A DNA stretch of 64,000 bases from Verrucomicrobiales bacterium (GCA_024233215.1 JACKPW010000001.1:91734-155733), one strand, 5' to 3'; shown: positions 1-9,956, counted from the stretch's first letter. Program-made: numbers and translations. Notes: generated by a model from the sequence alone, not told the origin.

Positions 1-1994
1 ACCCGGTCGCCGCGGCGGTTGCTGACCTGGTAATGCCCGCCCATGCCCGCGAGTTTCTGCGGCTCCGGCCAGTCGAAGCCGTTCCGGCTGCGGCTCCAGT
101 AGAGTTCGCGGCCTTTGGTGTAGCGAGTGAACAACAGGAGGAACCCGCTGTCCGGTTGCGGCCACGGTTGCGGATAGGTCATCTCCCATTCGAGCACCCG
201 TTCAAACCGGTTGATTTCGTACGGTTGCTCGCCTCGGTAAATGAACCCTGGCCGGTGCCGCCCGCGCCCGCTGACGAACACCCACAACCGGCCGCTGTCG
301 TCCATCGAGAGGCTCGGGTTGTCGTGGGGATCGTTCACGCCCAGCTTGTCGTGGACGATCGTAGGCTGGCTCTCCAGGCCAGTAATAATGCTGTCGTACT
401 TGCCGATCATTGCCAGGAGATGCCGCTGGTCATCTTTCGCCCCGCCATAGACGAAGAAAGTGTGGCCGGCTTGTGGCGAGTAGATGGCTGTCGGGACGTG
501 CTTCGCGGTGTAGGTACCAAGACCGCCGGAGTACTTGTCGCCGTATTCGGAACGTTGCCCAAGCGTGAACCAGATCCCCCGGTAGCCATCCACGCTCTGA
601 GTGCCGGAGGCATGCTCCGGCTGCAGGGTGGCTCCTTTGTGGACCTCCGTTCGCCAGTCCTGAAGTGCCTCGCGCATGGCCTGGGTACGTTGGGGCGAAC
701 CGGCAGCCAGGTCGCGGGTTTCGCCGAGGTCGTCCTCCAGGTTGAACAAGTGAACCTGTTCGCGGGCGTCCTCCTGTCCTGACGTCCCACTCCCTTGAAC
801 GAGCAGTTTCCACGGCCCTTCGCGCATGGCCTGCTGGTTGCCGTATTCCCAGAACAGGGGACGGTCCGGCAGGTGTTCGTTCCGCAAGAGCAGGGGAACC
901 AGACTCCGGCCATCGAGCGGACGTTCCTTCGGTGCCGGCACTCCAGCAAGTTCCAGCAGCGTGGGCATGACATCGAGGCTGATGGCGGTTTCGGCGGACG
1001 TCTGGCCGGGAACGATCCGGCCCGGCCACCACGCGATCGCGGGCTCGCGGTGCCCGCCTTCCCAAAGCGATCCCTTGAACCCGCGCAACGGGCCGTTGCT
1101 GCCGCGCCGGGTGGCGCCGTTGTCGGAGAAGAAAAACACGAAGGTGTTGGTCTCCAGTCCGTGCCGCCGCAGCCTGGCGATGATTTCGCCGATGCCCTTG
1201 TCCATCTCCTCAACCATCTCGCGATAGGCCCGTTCCACCTGCCCGGCGGCGTAATTCAGCGGCGTGACTTCACCGGCGACACGCTGGGCCGGGTCGTTGG
1301 GACCTTGATAGGGATCGTGCGGTGCTTCGTAGGCGACGTAGAGACAGAACGGCCTGGCCGCATTCGCGTCGATGAACTCGACCGCATGACGGGTGATCCG
1401 GTGCGTGGAGTAACCCGGCTCGTCGGCCACCTCGGTGCCCTCCCACCAGTCCAGCACGCCCATCCGGTCGAAGTGCGAGTGGTAGTCGATATTGCCGCTG
1501 ACGTAGCCGTGGAATTCGTCGAAACCCTGGCGGGTGGGGTTGTAGGCGCGTTCGTAGCCGAGGTGCCATTTTCCCATGACGCCGGTGGCATAACCGGCTC
1601 CGTGCAGCAGTTCGGCGAATGTGACCTCCGTGGGTTGCAGACCGTGATGCCGGTTCTGGTCGAACCCGGCGAGGATCACGCCGGGGATGCCGGCGCGTTG
1701 CTGGTAACGCCCGGTCAGCAGTCCGGCGCGGGTCGGGGAACAGACCGGACCGCTGGCGTGGAAGTCGGTGAAACGCAGGCCTTGCGCGGCGAGTTCGTCC
1801 AGTCTTGGGGTGGGGATTTGGTCGTTGCCGTAACAGCCGAGGTCGCCGTAGCCGAGGTCGTCCGCCAGGAGGATCACGAAATTGGGTCTCGGTGTTTCCG
1901 CGGCCCCGACGGCCGAGGCGCTGACCGTGAGGACAGCCAGCGGCAGCGAGCGTGTCAGGGACTGCCACAGGGCGTTGCACCGGGTGAATCGCAT
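1..1994 (-). CDS. S1-family sulfatase (arylsulfatase-like), 3' end truncated by window start; carries an extra C-terminal beta-rich domain
   Basis: Reverse-strand translation from ATG at 1994..1992 gives MRFTRCNALWQSLTRSLPLAVLTVSASAVGA (signal peptide), then PNFVILLADDLGYGDLGCYGNDQIPTPRLDELAAQGLRFTDFHASGPVCSPTRAGLLTGRY, the canonical sulfatase CxPxR formylglycine motif. The frame stays open to position 1. It is absent from the ORF track because it has no stop inside the window. Confidence 0.85.
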   Translation of the reverse strand, partial: MRFTRCNALWQSLTRSLPLAVLTVSASAVGAAETPRPNFVILLADDLGYGDLGCYGNDQIPTPRLDELAAQGLRFTDFHASGPVCSPTRAGLLTGRYQQRAGIPGVILAGFDQNRHHGLQPTEVTFAELLHGAGYATGVMGKWHLGYERAYNPTRQGFDEFHGYVSGNIDYHSHFDRMGVLDWWEGTEVADEPGYSTHRITRHAVEFIDANAARPFCLYVAYEAPHDPYQGPNDPAQRVAGEVTPLNYAAGQVERAYREMVEEMDKGIGEIIARLRRHGLETNTFVFFFSDNGATRRGSNGPLRGFKGSLWEGGHREPAIAWWPGRIVPGQTSAETAISLDVMPTLLELAGVPAPKERPLDGRSLVPLLLRNEHLPDRPLFWEYGNQQAMREGPWKLLVQGSGTSGQEDAREQVHLFNLEDDLGETRDLAAGSPQRTQAMREALQDWRTEVHKGATLQPEHASGTQSVDGYRGIWFTLGQRSEYGDKYSGGLGTYTAKHVPTAIYSPQAGHTFFVYGGAKDDQRHLLAMIGKYDSIITGLESQPTIVHDKLGVNDPHDNPSLSMDDSGRLWVFVSGRGRHRPGFIYRGEQPYEINRFERVLEWEMTYPQPWPQPDSGFLLLFTRYTKGRELYWSRSRNGFDWPEPQKLAGMGGHYQVSNRRGDR

Positions 1995-2039
1995 GACTTC
2001 TGCATACGCCCTGAACGCCGGTCTGGGAAGGGATTTGAA

Positions 2040-2873
2040 TCAGTCTGTGACTTTGTGGAAGACGTAGCGGATGACGTAGGCCGTGGGGAACACCTGGTCG
2101 CTGCCGGTTCCGGCACTGACGCTTAGCAGGACCACCGCCTTGCCGAAGTGCGGCGCGGCCCCGTGACTGAGCTGGAGCTGTTTGGTCTGGAAGGCGGGCA
2201 CCGAGGGAGCGATCTCGATTCCGCTCTCTTCGAGGACGGAGAGCTCGAACTCCAGTTGCACCGGGAAACTGCCTCGGTCGGCATGCACAGGAGGTGGATT
2301 GGCGGCCAGCTTCACGATGAGGCCGACCTCCTGGTAGGTGACCGTATTGATCGCCTGGCCGGTTGGCATCACTCGCGTGCCGGCAATAACCGGTTTCTGA
2401 GTGCCCAGTCGGATCGTCTCCCCGCAGAGGTTCACGGTCTGATCGACCTTGTATAGGACTTGGGTGTCACCGAACTCACCCAGGGCCTTGGCCAGACTTC
2501 CTGCCGTGGCGGCCTTTGACTCCAGCGCCGGGGCCTCGAGTTGAGAAATCCGCGCCCTGGGCAGCCGCACCTCATAGACGGTTGTTTCGAAGCGGGCGGG
2601 CGCGATTTTGGTCGGCGGACTCAAGACCGACGCGGGCGAGCGCATGTTCACCCGCTGTGGTGTCGGGGCAGACCGACCACCCTCCGGCGGGGTGCGAAAG
2701 GTGCGCGAGCGGGGCAGGGGCTGGGAGGTGCCGGTGCTGTCTGCTTGCGTCGTCGGCCCACGTTCCACCCGTGCTTGCGGCTCTTGGGCGCTCGGACCGG
2801 GGGCGAACTGAAGGCCAACGAAAACCACCAGGGTTCGGGTGACCGTGCCGATGAACCTCTTGGAATGGGTCAT
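2040..2873 (-). CDS. hypothetical secreted protein, downstream in the same minus-strand operon
   Basis: ORF 2040..2912; likely start at internal M (MTHSKRFIGTVTRTLVVFVGLQFAPGPSAQE, signal-peptide-like). Protein-like composition and no recognisable catalytic motif. Its C-terminal half has a weak resemblance to a secretin/pilus-type beta domain that I cannot confirm. Confidence 0.4.
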   Translation of the reverse strand: MTHSKRFIGTVTRTLVVFVGLQFAPGPSAQEPQARVERGPTTQADSTGTSQPLPRSRTFRTPPEGGRSAPTPQRVNMRSPASVLSPPTKIAPARFETTVYEVRLPRARISQLEAPALESKAATAGSLAKALGEFGDTQVLYKVDQTVNLCGETIRLGTQKPVIAGTRVMPTGQAINTVTYQEVGLIVKLAANPPPVHADRGSFPVQLEFELSVLEESGIEIAPSVPAFQTKQLQLSHGAAPHFGKAVVLLSVSAGTGSDQVFPTAYVIRYVFHKVTD

Positions 2874-2932
2874 CACGGACTTCAGGTTGGAGCATTGTCG
2901 TCGGAATCTCAAGGCAGTCGTGTTGGTCTTTC

Positions 2933-5557
2933 TCAGTCTGCCCTGACTCTATAATACCTCTGGTCCTCCGAAGCCGGCGCTTTGCTCGTCCACGTCGTGG
3001 AGTCGAGGGGCCACTGGTCCGCGGGTGGCACTGGCTCCCAGGAAGCCGGCAGCAGGTTCCCAGACCACTCCACGGTGAATCGAAGGCCGGGCATGCTGGC
3101 GTCCCATTGCAGTTCGACTTGGCCTTCGGCTGTTCGGTTGATCCTCGTGATCCTCAACCCGGCCGGCCCCCAGTCGAAAGTGGTCAGGAATATCTCATAG
3201 TCGTGCGCCGAGTTCTGGCCGGTTAGATCGGCATTGGTGCACATCACCAGGTGCGAGCCGTCCCGATCCATCGAATACCAGTCCATCCAGTGCGTGCGAT
3301 CCTCCGTCGCTCCCGGGGTCCCCGGCAGGTTCGTCACTTGGACAAACGGGTCCAGGTCGTTCTGGTTCTCGTCATGGGAAACCCAGAGCTCCACGGACCC
3401 ATCGAGATTCTGTCCAGAGCCGCCAAGGTCCGCATTGGACAGGAACGCGATCTTCAAGCCGTCCCCGCTCAGGATGGGCCGGGAGTTGACGGAGTCTCCC
3501 GTGGTGTCGGTGATTTGCGTCACCCTCCCGGAGGGCAGTGCCACGGTGAAGATCTCGGCGTTTCCGTCCGCATTCCCGCCGGTCAGATCCCCCTCAGAGG
3601 CGAAGACCACGCGTCTTCCCGCGTCGTCCATTCCGAAGGCTGGAAACTCGCGCTCCACCACCAATTCCGCCGAGGTCAGTCGCTTGGGAGCGTCCTGTCC
3701 TTCGATCCAAAACAGCCCGTGGCGGCCTGAGGGGAGGGAGCCTTCGTCCAGATCGCGGTTGGAGACGAACACCACCCGGCTGCCGTCCGTGCTGACTCGC
3801 GGCCACAGGTTCGCTCCGGCTGCAGGTGTCTCGGCATCCCCGTCCAAGGTCCGGGTGAGTTGCCGGGTGGCTCCGGTGTTCAGGTCTTGCAGGTAAATCT
3901 CGTAGTTCTCGTCGGCGTTGGCTCCTTCCGGGTTGCCAACGGTGGGGATGTTCCGATTGCTGGCCCACACGCAGGAACCTCCATCGGAGGAGAGGTCCGC
4001 GTGCAGGTTGGCCATAGTGGGCCAGTCCTCCTCACCGAACCACGCGGCCGGACATCCGCCAGCCCGGATCGCCACGGCGTCGATCTCGTTCCATCCGGCC
4101 ACGGCGGGCGAGTTGATTTCAATTCGAACGGCATCCACCGGGTAAGCCGTGAGCGAAAAGGCCGCCTCCAAGGCGCGAGCGCCTTCGGACGTGGCAACCG
4201 CCTCTGCGGTCCACACCGTCGCCCAGGTGCCGTCATCGGCGCTGCGCACGGCGACGCGGTCCACAGCGCCCGGATGATCCGTTTCGTAGATGATGACCGT
4301 ATTGATGGGGCGTGGCTCCTCGTAGCCGAGTACGAGAAACTCGCGCTGCCCGTCCGCCGTGGCGCTGGCCCAGGCGTTGGCGTTGTCGCCGGCCTGCGGA
4401 TAGACATCCGGTTCACCCAGAACCCGTGAGGCCGACCAGCTGCCCGCGGAGTATTCGCTGCTGAAGTCCAGGACCTCCGTGGCCCAGCTTGTGAACGGAT
4501 CCACCGGGGGAGGCGGTGGATTCTCCCACGGCGGGCCCAAGGTGTCCGTGAGGGCCTGGATATTCCCCACGGTTGTCCAGGGATAGGCAAAGAGATCCCC
4601 GTTGGCGTCCGCGTTCCCCGGCAACTCAGGGCTTGAGGAGAGAACTGCGACTGTCGAGTCCGTGAAGTCGAAAGGAACTGAGATACCGGCATCCGTGGCC
4701 GTGAACTGATGGAAGACGTCGGGAGGAATGTCATACCGGAAGATCTCCGTGTTGCGCGTCGGGTTGGGATTGTCCGCCGCGTCATCCACGTTCCAAGTGG
4801 AGGCGAAGACGAATTGGTCTCCCGAGGGGGAAAGGATGGGCTGGCGATGGATGATCTGGCAGCAGGTGGGGCAAGGACCGCCACCAGCCCGTTCCGTTAC
4901 CTGGCGGAGGCCGAACGAGCTTCCCAAACGGATGTTGTCAAAGCCGACAGAGTCCTCCCCTGTATAGTATTCAGCCTCAATTCTCAGCTCGGTGATGTTC
5001 GTGATCAGATTTCCCCACGATCCGGCTGAAACAGTCCAGGTTGCCGGATCAATGCTCACGGAAAAGGACTGCCACGAGAAAGTCATTGCTCGGGCCATTG
5101 CCACTGTGGCGCTGCCTCCGGGGCCGGTAATCACGACATGCATGTTTGGTGGTGAGTCTGGCGTCCCCACGATCGCCCTGGACTCCACCGCCAGAGTCTG
5201 ATTCACGAAGGACCGCCAGTTCCCCAGGAATTTTGGCGGCGCGTAGATCCAATTGTGGCCACCGGCGTTTTGGTCGTCCACCCGCAAGAAGCCGCCGGGA
5301 TTCCCGCCTGACGACACCCAGGTCAGATCCCCGTCGGGCGCCACAGTCCAGCCGTCATCACTCTGTTCGAAGTCACTTACGACCGCACTGCGTGCGGGTT
5401 GTGAGGTATGCAGGGCGACGACTGTGGCCATCGACACCACGATGTTGAGCAAAGCTCCTCGCCGCACAAACGTGTTGTCTGACGCATTTTGACTTGGGCG
5501 GACTTGAGGCGCGTGCGGCTTCGTAATGGGATTCAACCTGGTGAGGTAGTTCTTCAT
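2933..5557 (-). CDS. secreted PD40/TolB-like beta-propeller repeat protein with C-terminal ~70-aa module ending YYRVRAD
   Basis: 874-aa ORF. Repeated PD40-type motifs (RVSTDGSRVVFVSNRDLDEG, RVVFASEGDLTGGNADGNAEIFTV, LSGDGLKIAFLSNADLGGSG, YEIFLTTFDW). N-terminal signal-like region. Start may be the internal M at ~5431. Confidence 0.7.
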   Translation of the reverse strand: MKNYLTRLNPITKPHAPQVRPSQNASDNTFVRRGALLNIVVSMATVVALHTSQPARSAVVSDFEQSDDGWTVAPDGDLTWVSSGGNPGGFLRVDDQNAGGHNWIYAPPKFLGNWRSFVNQTLAVESRAIVGTPDSPPNMHVVITGPGGSATVAMARAMTFSWQSFSVSIDPATWTVSAGSWGNLITNITELRIEAEYYTGEDSVGFDNIRLGSSFGLRQVTERAGGGPCPTCCQIIHRQPILSPSGDQFVFASTWNVDDAADNPNPTRNTEIFRYDIPPDVFHQFTATDAGISVPFDFTDSTVAVLSSSPELPGNADANGDLFAYPWTTVGNIQALTDTLGPPWENPPPPPVDPFTSWATEVLDFSSEYSAGSWSASRVLGEPDVYPQAGDNANAWASATADGQREFLVLGYEEPRPINTVIIYETDHPGAVDRVAVRSADDGTWATVWTAEAVATSEGARALEAAFSLTAYPVDAVRIEINSPAVAGWNEIDAVAIRAGGCPAAWFGEEDWPTMANLHADLSSDGGSCVWASNRNIPTVGNPEGANADENYEIYLQDLNTGATRQLTRTLDGDAETPAAGANLWPRVSTDGSRVVFVSNRDLDEGSLPSGRHGLFWIEGQDAPKRLTSAELVVEREFPAFGMDDAGRRVVFASEGDLTGGNADGNAEIFTVALPSGRVTQITDTTGDSVNSRPILSGDGLKIAFLSNADLGGSGQNLDGSVELWVSHDENQNDLDPFVQVTNLPGTPGATEDRTHWMDWYSMDRDGSHLVMCTNADLTGQNSAHDYEIFLTTFDWGPAGLRITRINRTAEGQVELQWDASMPGLRFTVEWSGNLLPASWEPVPPADQWPLDSTTWTSKAPASEDQRYYRVRAD

Positions 5558-5854
5558 GGGCCGTTCCTCGTTTCGGTGTCATTGTGAGTCTGGAAGACGC
5601 TACGGGTTGAGGCAAGACCGTATTCTGGGTCTGTCGTGTTCCAGAGCCCGCGGGAGAGGCTGGGCACGATGTCATTCCCTCTGGCGGAGGGCAAGCTGTC
5701 CTGCAGTCCCGCTTTCTCGATTCCCGATGCCGCGGGTTTGCGAGTCGGTCGCACGAGCGGGAACGAGCCCGATTCTCAAGTGCCGCGACGGGGCACCTTC
5801 TCCGACTGCTCGTCTGGCTGGCCAATCGCGCTGACTGTCGCTACCGTTCGCGGC

Positions 5855-6781
5855 ATGACTCTGCGACGAATCCTCTCCCGCCTACTTCTGGGCCTGCTGG
5901 CCCTGCTCCTCGTGCTTGCCCTCATCGCGGGCGGCCTCTGGTGGTACTTCCACCCGAGAATCGAGCGCACTGACGGCATCGTCTACGGTCACCGCGGCGA
6001 CCAGGAACTGTGCTTCGACGTGCTGCGCCCGGCGCATCCCAACGGGCTGGGCATTCTGGTGATGGTGAGCGGCGGGTGGAAGTCCGGCGAACCGGGGACC
6101 TTTGGTGCCTGGCTCACCTCGGCAGTGACGCGTCGTGGCTACACGGTGTTCCCCGTCTATCATGTGTCGCAGCCGCGGGCCAGTGTGCCGGAGATCATCC
6201 AGGACATGCATCGGGCGGTCCGGTTCATTCGTCATCACGCCAAGGAATACGGTGTCGATCCCGACCGGCTCGGCGTCACCGGCGGCAGTGCCGGGGGGCA
6301 CCTGAGCCTGATGCTCGCCACCACCGGTGGTCCGGGCCCGGCGGATGCGGAAGACCCGGTGGATCACGAAAGCAGTGCCGTCCAGGCGGTGGCCATCTTC
6401 TACCCGGTGACCGACCTGATCGACTTGGGCAAGTCCACCGAGAACCTCCACGATGGCGGACCGCCGAAGAGCTTTCGGAACTCGTTCGGCCCCGGCGCCA
6501 CGAACGTTGCGGTCTGGAAGGTGGTCGGTCGCGAATGTTCGCCGCTGCGCCTGATGTCCACGAATCTGCCGCCCACGTTGATCTACCACGGGGACGCCGA
6601 CACGCTGGTGCCGTTGGAGCAGTCGGAGTGGTATCGCGACAAGGCGCGGGAACTGGGTCAGACGGTGGAGTTGGTGGTGCACCCCGGCGGAAAGCACGGG
6701 TGGCTTTCCATGCCCTTTGACATCCGCAAGTTCGCCGACTGGTTTGATCGCTACCTGCATCCGGAGGAGGGGAATCGGTAG
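5855..6781 (+). CDS. alpha/beta-hydrolase esterase (HSL/CE10-like)
   Basis: In-frame ATG at 5855 (MTLRRILSRLLLGLLALLLVLAL, TM/signal). Nucleophile elbow GGSAGG (GxSxG). C-terminal HPGGKHGW. Acid/His region DADTLVP. Confidence 0.75.
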   Translation: MTLRRILSRLLLGLLALLLVLALIAGGLWWYFHPRIERTDGIVYGHRGDQELCFDVLRPAHPNGLGILVMVSGGWKSGEPGTFGAWLTSAVTRRGYTVFPVYHVSQPRASVPEIIQDMHRAVRFIRHHAKEYGVDPDRLGVTGGSAGGHLSLMLATTGGPGPADAEDPVDHESSAVQAVAIFYPVTDLIDLGKSTENLHDGGPPKSFRNSFGPGATNVAVWKVVGRECSPLRLMSTNLPPTLIYHGDADTLVPLEQSEWYRDKARELGQTVELVVHPGGKHGWLSMPFDIRKFADWFDRYLHPEEGNR

Positions 6782-6896
6782 GGCTGTCAGCGAACGATTC
6801 GCAGCCGCCGACCGCGGTGGGGGGGGCTTGGGGTGCGGGAGGAAGAAATGCGCGGACTGACGTCCGCGGCTACGGGGGGTGGTTGGGTGCCGCGGT

Positions 6897-8462
6897 CTAC
6901 TGGCCGGTCAACCGGATCAGTTCCTCCCGTAGCGAAGCCAGTTCCAGGTGCGGTTCGTGGTGCGTCCGCGCGTAGTCCAGCAGTTCACCGGCCAGCCGCC
7001 TGACGACTTCGGCGTGTTCCGGGCGGCCGATCACATTCCGCAGTTCGTGCGGATCGGTTTCGAGATCGAACAAGGCCGGCGGTTCCGCCGGTGCCACGAT
7101 CAGTTTGAACCGCCGCGTGAAGGCCCCCATCCAACCGTTGCCTTCTTCCTGATCCTCCGCGTCGGCCGCACCGGCTCCGGCGGGCGTGGGTCCACCGATC
7201 CGCACGAACGTGACATCGTTCCAGCCCGCCGGATCGGTCTTGCCGGTGAACAGGCCCGAGGCATCGCGCCCCTCGTCCGCCGTCGGGTCCGACACGCCCA
7301 TCAAGGACAGCAGGGTGGGCTTGAAATCGACGGTGCCCAACGCCTGTCGCACCACGGTGCCGGGTTGAATCAGTCCGGGAGCGTGGATCACAAAGGGGAT
7401 GCGGGCCGAGCCTTCCATCGGAACGCTCTTGTTGTGCCGGCCGTGCTCGCCACACAGGTCCCCGTGGTCCGACGTGAAGATCACAATGGTCCGCTCCAGC
7501 AAGCCGGTTTCACGCAAGGCGCTGAGCAACCGCCCGACATTGTCGTCGATGCACTTGACCATCCCGAAGTAGAGGGCCATTTGCCGCTGGTTGAACGGGC
7601 CTTTTAGCGTGGCTGCGTATCCCGGCAGTCCCTCCCCCGGGCTCAGGGCCGACACGGGTCGTTCAAAGTGCAGGTCGTTGAACATGGTGTCGTACGGTGG
7701 GCGGACCGAGTTGGGCCCGTGCGGGTCCGGGATGCTGAGCTGGAAACAGAACGGCCCGGAGCGATGTTGCCGGATGAACGCGATGGCGCGGTCGGTCAGG
7801 AAGTCCGTGGTGAAGCTCCGCTCGTCGGCGCCCGCCACGGAATAGGTCGGGGCGCCTTGGGCGTTTGTGGGGCCCACGCGCGGTCCGTTGGTGTCCTCCA
7901 CCAGGATCTTCCAGTGTCCGCGGTTGAAGAGGTACCGGTTGTCGCTCCAGCCAAAGTGTCGGTCGGGCGCAAACTGGGGTCGACCCGGACCGTCCAGATG
8001 CCACTTGCCGGCGTAACCGGTGGCGTAGCCGTGGCGACGCAGCACCTCGGCAAACGTCACCATTTCATCCCGCAGCGGCAGGTTGTTTCGAATCGCCCCG
8101 GTGTTCTGCGGGTAACGCCCGGTGGCGAAGGCTGCCCGTGACGGCGTGCAAACGGGGGAAGTGGCGTAGAACCGGTCGGCCACCGCGCCCTGGGTCGCCA
8201 GCCAGTCGATGTTCGGCGTCTCCACGACCACCCCCTTGCCCCACACAAAGGTCTGATCCTCCGGAAGCAGTGCCCGGTAACAGCCGAGGGTGCGGAAGTT
8301 GTGCTCGTCCGTCTGAATGATCAGGAGGTTCGGCGGCGTGACCTCCTGACGGGCAGCGGCGAGCGAGGGACGGGCGATTGCGAGGAGCAGACAGCACGCG
8401 GCGATCCCCTGGCGGGCAGGGCTCGACCGGGTATGTCCCGGGCAACGACGGATGGCTTTCAT
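6897..8462 (-). CDS. S1-family sulfatase
   Basis: 521 aa. Signal peptide, PNLLIIQTDEHNF, then FYATSPVCTPSRAAFATGRYPQNTG (CxPxR motif). Confidence 0.9.
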   Translation of the reverse strand: MKAIRRCPGHTRSSPARQGIAACCLLLAIARPSLAAARQEVTPPNLLIIQTDEHNFRTLGCYRALLPEDQTFVWGKGVVVETPNIDWLATQGAVADRFYATSPVCTPSRAAFATGRYPQNTGAIRNNLPLRDEMVTFAEVLRRHGYATGYAGKWHLDGPGRPQFAPDRHFGWSDNRYLFNRGHWKILVEDTNGPRVGPTNAQGAPTYSVAGADERSFTTDFLTDRAIAFIRQHRSGPFCFQLSIPDPHGPNSVRPPYDTMFNDLHFERPVSALSPGEGLPGYAATLKGPFNQRQMALYFGMVKCIDDNVGRLLSALRETGLLERTIVIFTSDHGDLCGEHGRHNKSVPMEGSARIPFVIHAPGLIQPGTVVRQALGTVDFKPTLLSLMGVSDPTADEGRDASGLFTGKTDPAGWNDVTFVRIGGPTPAGAGAADAEDQEEGNGWMGAFTRRFKLIVAPAEPPALFDLETDPHELRNVIGRPEHAEVVRRLAGELLDYARTHHEPHLELASLREELIRLTGQ

Positions 8463-8524
8463 GGGCGCTTGCGGTGTGCGGACGTGCGATTACTCCACGG
8501 AACGGGCGGGCGCGACAAGCGTGG

Positions 8525-9772
8525 ATGTCGTGCCGACCTGCTGCCGTGATCACCCTGCTCCCTCCCATTGACCGCGGCCGTCCCCTTCTGGAGAATGCGT
8601 GCGTGCAACCGACGCGTGAGCAACCCCCGTCGATCCTTGAACGCCACGGCATTCGCGTGACCCCGGTCGCGTGCGACCGCCGGGGAATTGCGCGTTTTCT
8701 GCGGGTGCCCTATGGCATCTATGACGGCGATCCGAACTGGGTGGCGCCGCTGGTGATGGACCTGCAGTTGGTGTTTCAGCCGCGCAATCCGCTGTTCGAC
8801 CACGCCGAGATGCAACTCTGGGTCGCCGAGCGGGACGGGCGGGATGTGGGGCGGATCATGGGGCTCGAGGAGCGGTCACACAACGAGGTCCACGGGGAGC
8901 GTACGGCGTTCTTTGGCTTCTACGAAAGCGTGGACGATCCCGGGGTGGCGGGATTGCTGTTCGAAGCCGTGCGGGACTGGGCCAAAGCCCGCGGCCTGAC
9001 CCGGTTGCTCGGTCCCACGAACCCCACCACGAACGACGAGTGCGGCCTGGTGGTGGACGGCTTCGACTCGCCGCCGTTGTTCATGATGCCGTACAACCCC
9101 CGCTACTACGTGGACCAGTTCGAATCCGAGGGCTTCACGAAGGCGAAGGACCTGCTGGCTTTTCACATCGACATTGCGGGCAGCCCCCACGATCGCTTGA
9201 ACCGGTTGGCGGCCCTCTGTCTCAAGCGGAATCCGGGCCTGCGCTGGCGGCCGGTGAAGAAGCAGACGTTGAAAGCCGACCTGGCGCGGATCAAGGAGGT
9301 CTACAACGCGGCGTGGGAGGACAACTGGGGGTTTGTCCCGATGACGGACGCGGAGATCGACTTCCTGGCTGCCCGGCTCAAACCCTTGCTGGTGCCCGGG
9401 TTGGTCTGCCTGATGGAGCATGAAGGCCGTCCCGTGGCGTTCATGCTGGCGGCCCCGGATTTCAACGAGGCGCTTCAGCCGTTGCGGGGCCGGCTGATGT
9501 CGCCTGCGCTGCCACGCTTCCTCACCTACGTCTTTGGCTGGCGCAGCACGCGGCTCTGCCGGGTGATCACCCTCGGCGCGGTGAAGGGTTGGCGGGGCAA
9601 GGGACTCGAGGCGGTCATGCTCAGCGAGGGGTTCAAGGTCGGTTTCGACCTCGGCTTCCAGGCGGCGGAGGCGTCCTGGGTGCTGGAGGATAACGTGGCC
9701 ATGTGCCGGGTGATCGAGACCATGGGCGGCCGCGTCTACAAGACCTACCGCCTCTACGAACGCCCCGTCTGA
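8525..9772 (+). CDS. GNAT-like N-acyltransferase family protein (~415 aa)
   Basis: ORF 8378..9772; the upstream part overlaps the divergent sulfatase, so the start is taken at ATG 8525. N-terminal motif FLRVPYGIYDGDPNWVAPL matches the widespread ~400-aa GNAT-fold acyltransferase family (FIRxPWxIYxxDPNWVPPL). Confidence 0.55.
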   Translation: MSCRPAAVITLLPPIDRGRPLLENACVQPTREQPPSILERHGIRVTPVACDRRGIARFLRVPYGIYDGDPNWVAPLVMDLQLVFQPRNPLFDHAEMQLWVAERDGRDVGRIMGLEERSHNEVHGERTAFFGFYESVDDPGVAGLLFEAVRDWAKARGLTRLLGPTNPTTNDECGLVVDGFDSPPLFMMPYNPRYYVDQFESEGFTKAKDLLAFHIDIAGSPHDRLNRLAALCLKRNPGLRWRPVKKQTLKADLARIKEVYNAAWEDNWGFVPMTDAEIDFLAARLKPLLVPGLVCLMEHEGRPVAFMLAAPDFNEALQPLRGRLMSPALPRFLTYVFGWRSTRLCRVITLGAVKGWRGKGLEAVMLSEGFKVGFDLGFQAAEASWVLEDNVAMCRVIETMGGRVYKTYRLYERPV

Positions 9773-9792
9773 GCTCGATTCATGCGGCAGTA

Positions 9793-9956
9793 ACCACGAA
9801 ATACACGAAATACACGAAGGGAGGAGCGAGGTACGGGTTGGCCGAGTGCCTTGCGCCGGTACGATCCGCCCCCTGTCACCACGGGGTAAGCTTGACGACA
9901 GGCTTGCCGAGCGGTTGTTGCCATGCGTTTTCGTGTGATTCGTGTATTTCGTGGTT
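9793..9956. repeat. intergenic palindromic element, copy A (CACGAA-repeat arms)
   Basis: Left arm AACCACGAAATACACGAAATACACGAA (9793-9819). Right arm TTCGTGTGATTCGTGTATTTCGTGGTT (9930-9956) is its imperfect reverse complement. ~110-nt variable loop. Lies immediately after the stop of the upstream + gene. Confidence 0.7.

Noticed and set aside
795-2126. 443-aa + strand ORF, plus neighbouring + ORFs 33..782 and 826..1227
   Set aside because: Antisense shadow of the minus-strand sulfatase. Its composition (Gly/Arg/Ala/Val runs, no motifs) is typical of high-GC antisense frames. The real gene is the CSPTR-motif sulfatase on the opposite strand.
2040-2873. Type II secretion/pilus secretin assignment for the small secreted protein
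   Set aside because: There is only a vague resemblance in the C-terminal beta region. The protein is far too short for a secretin, and the conserved secretin motifs were not found. It is left as hypothetical.
5373-5825. 150-aa minus-strand ORF in the divergent intergenic region upstream of the esterase
   Set aside because: Arg/Ser/Cys-rich with no signatures. It overlaps the promoter region between the PD40 protein start and the esterase start. It is most likely non-coding.
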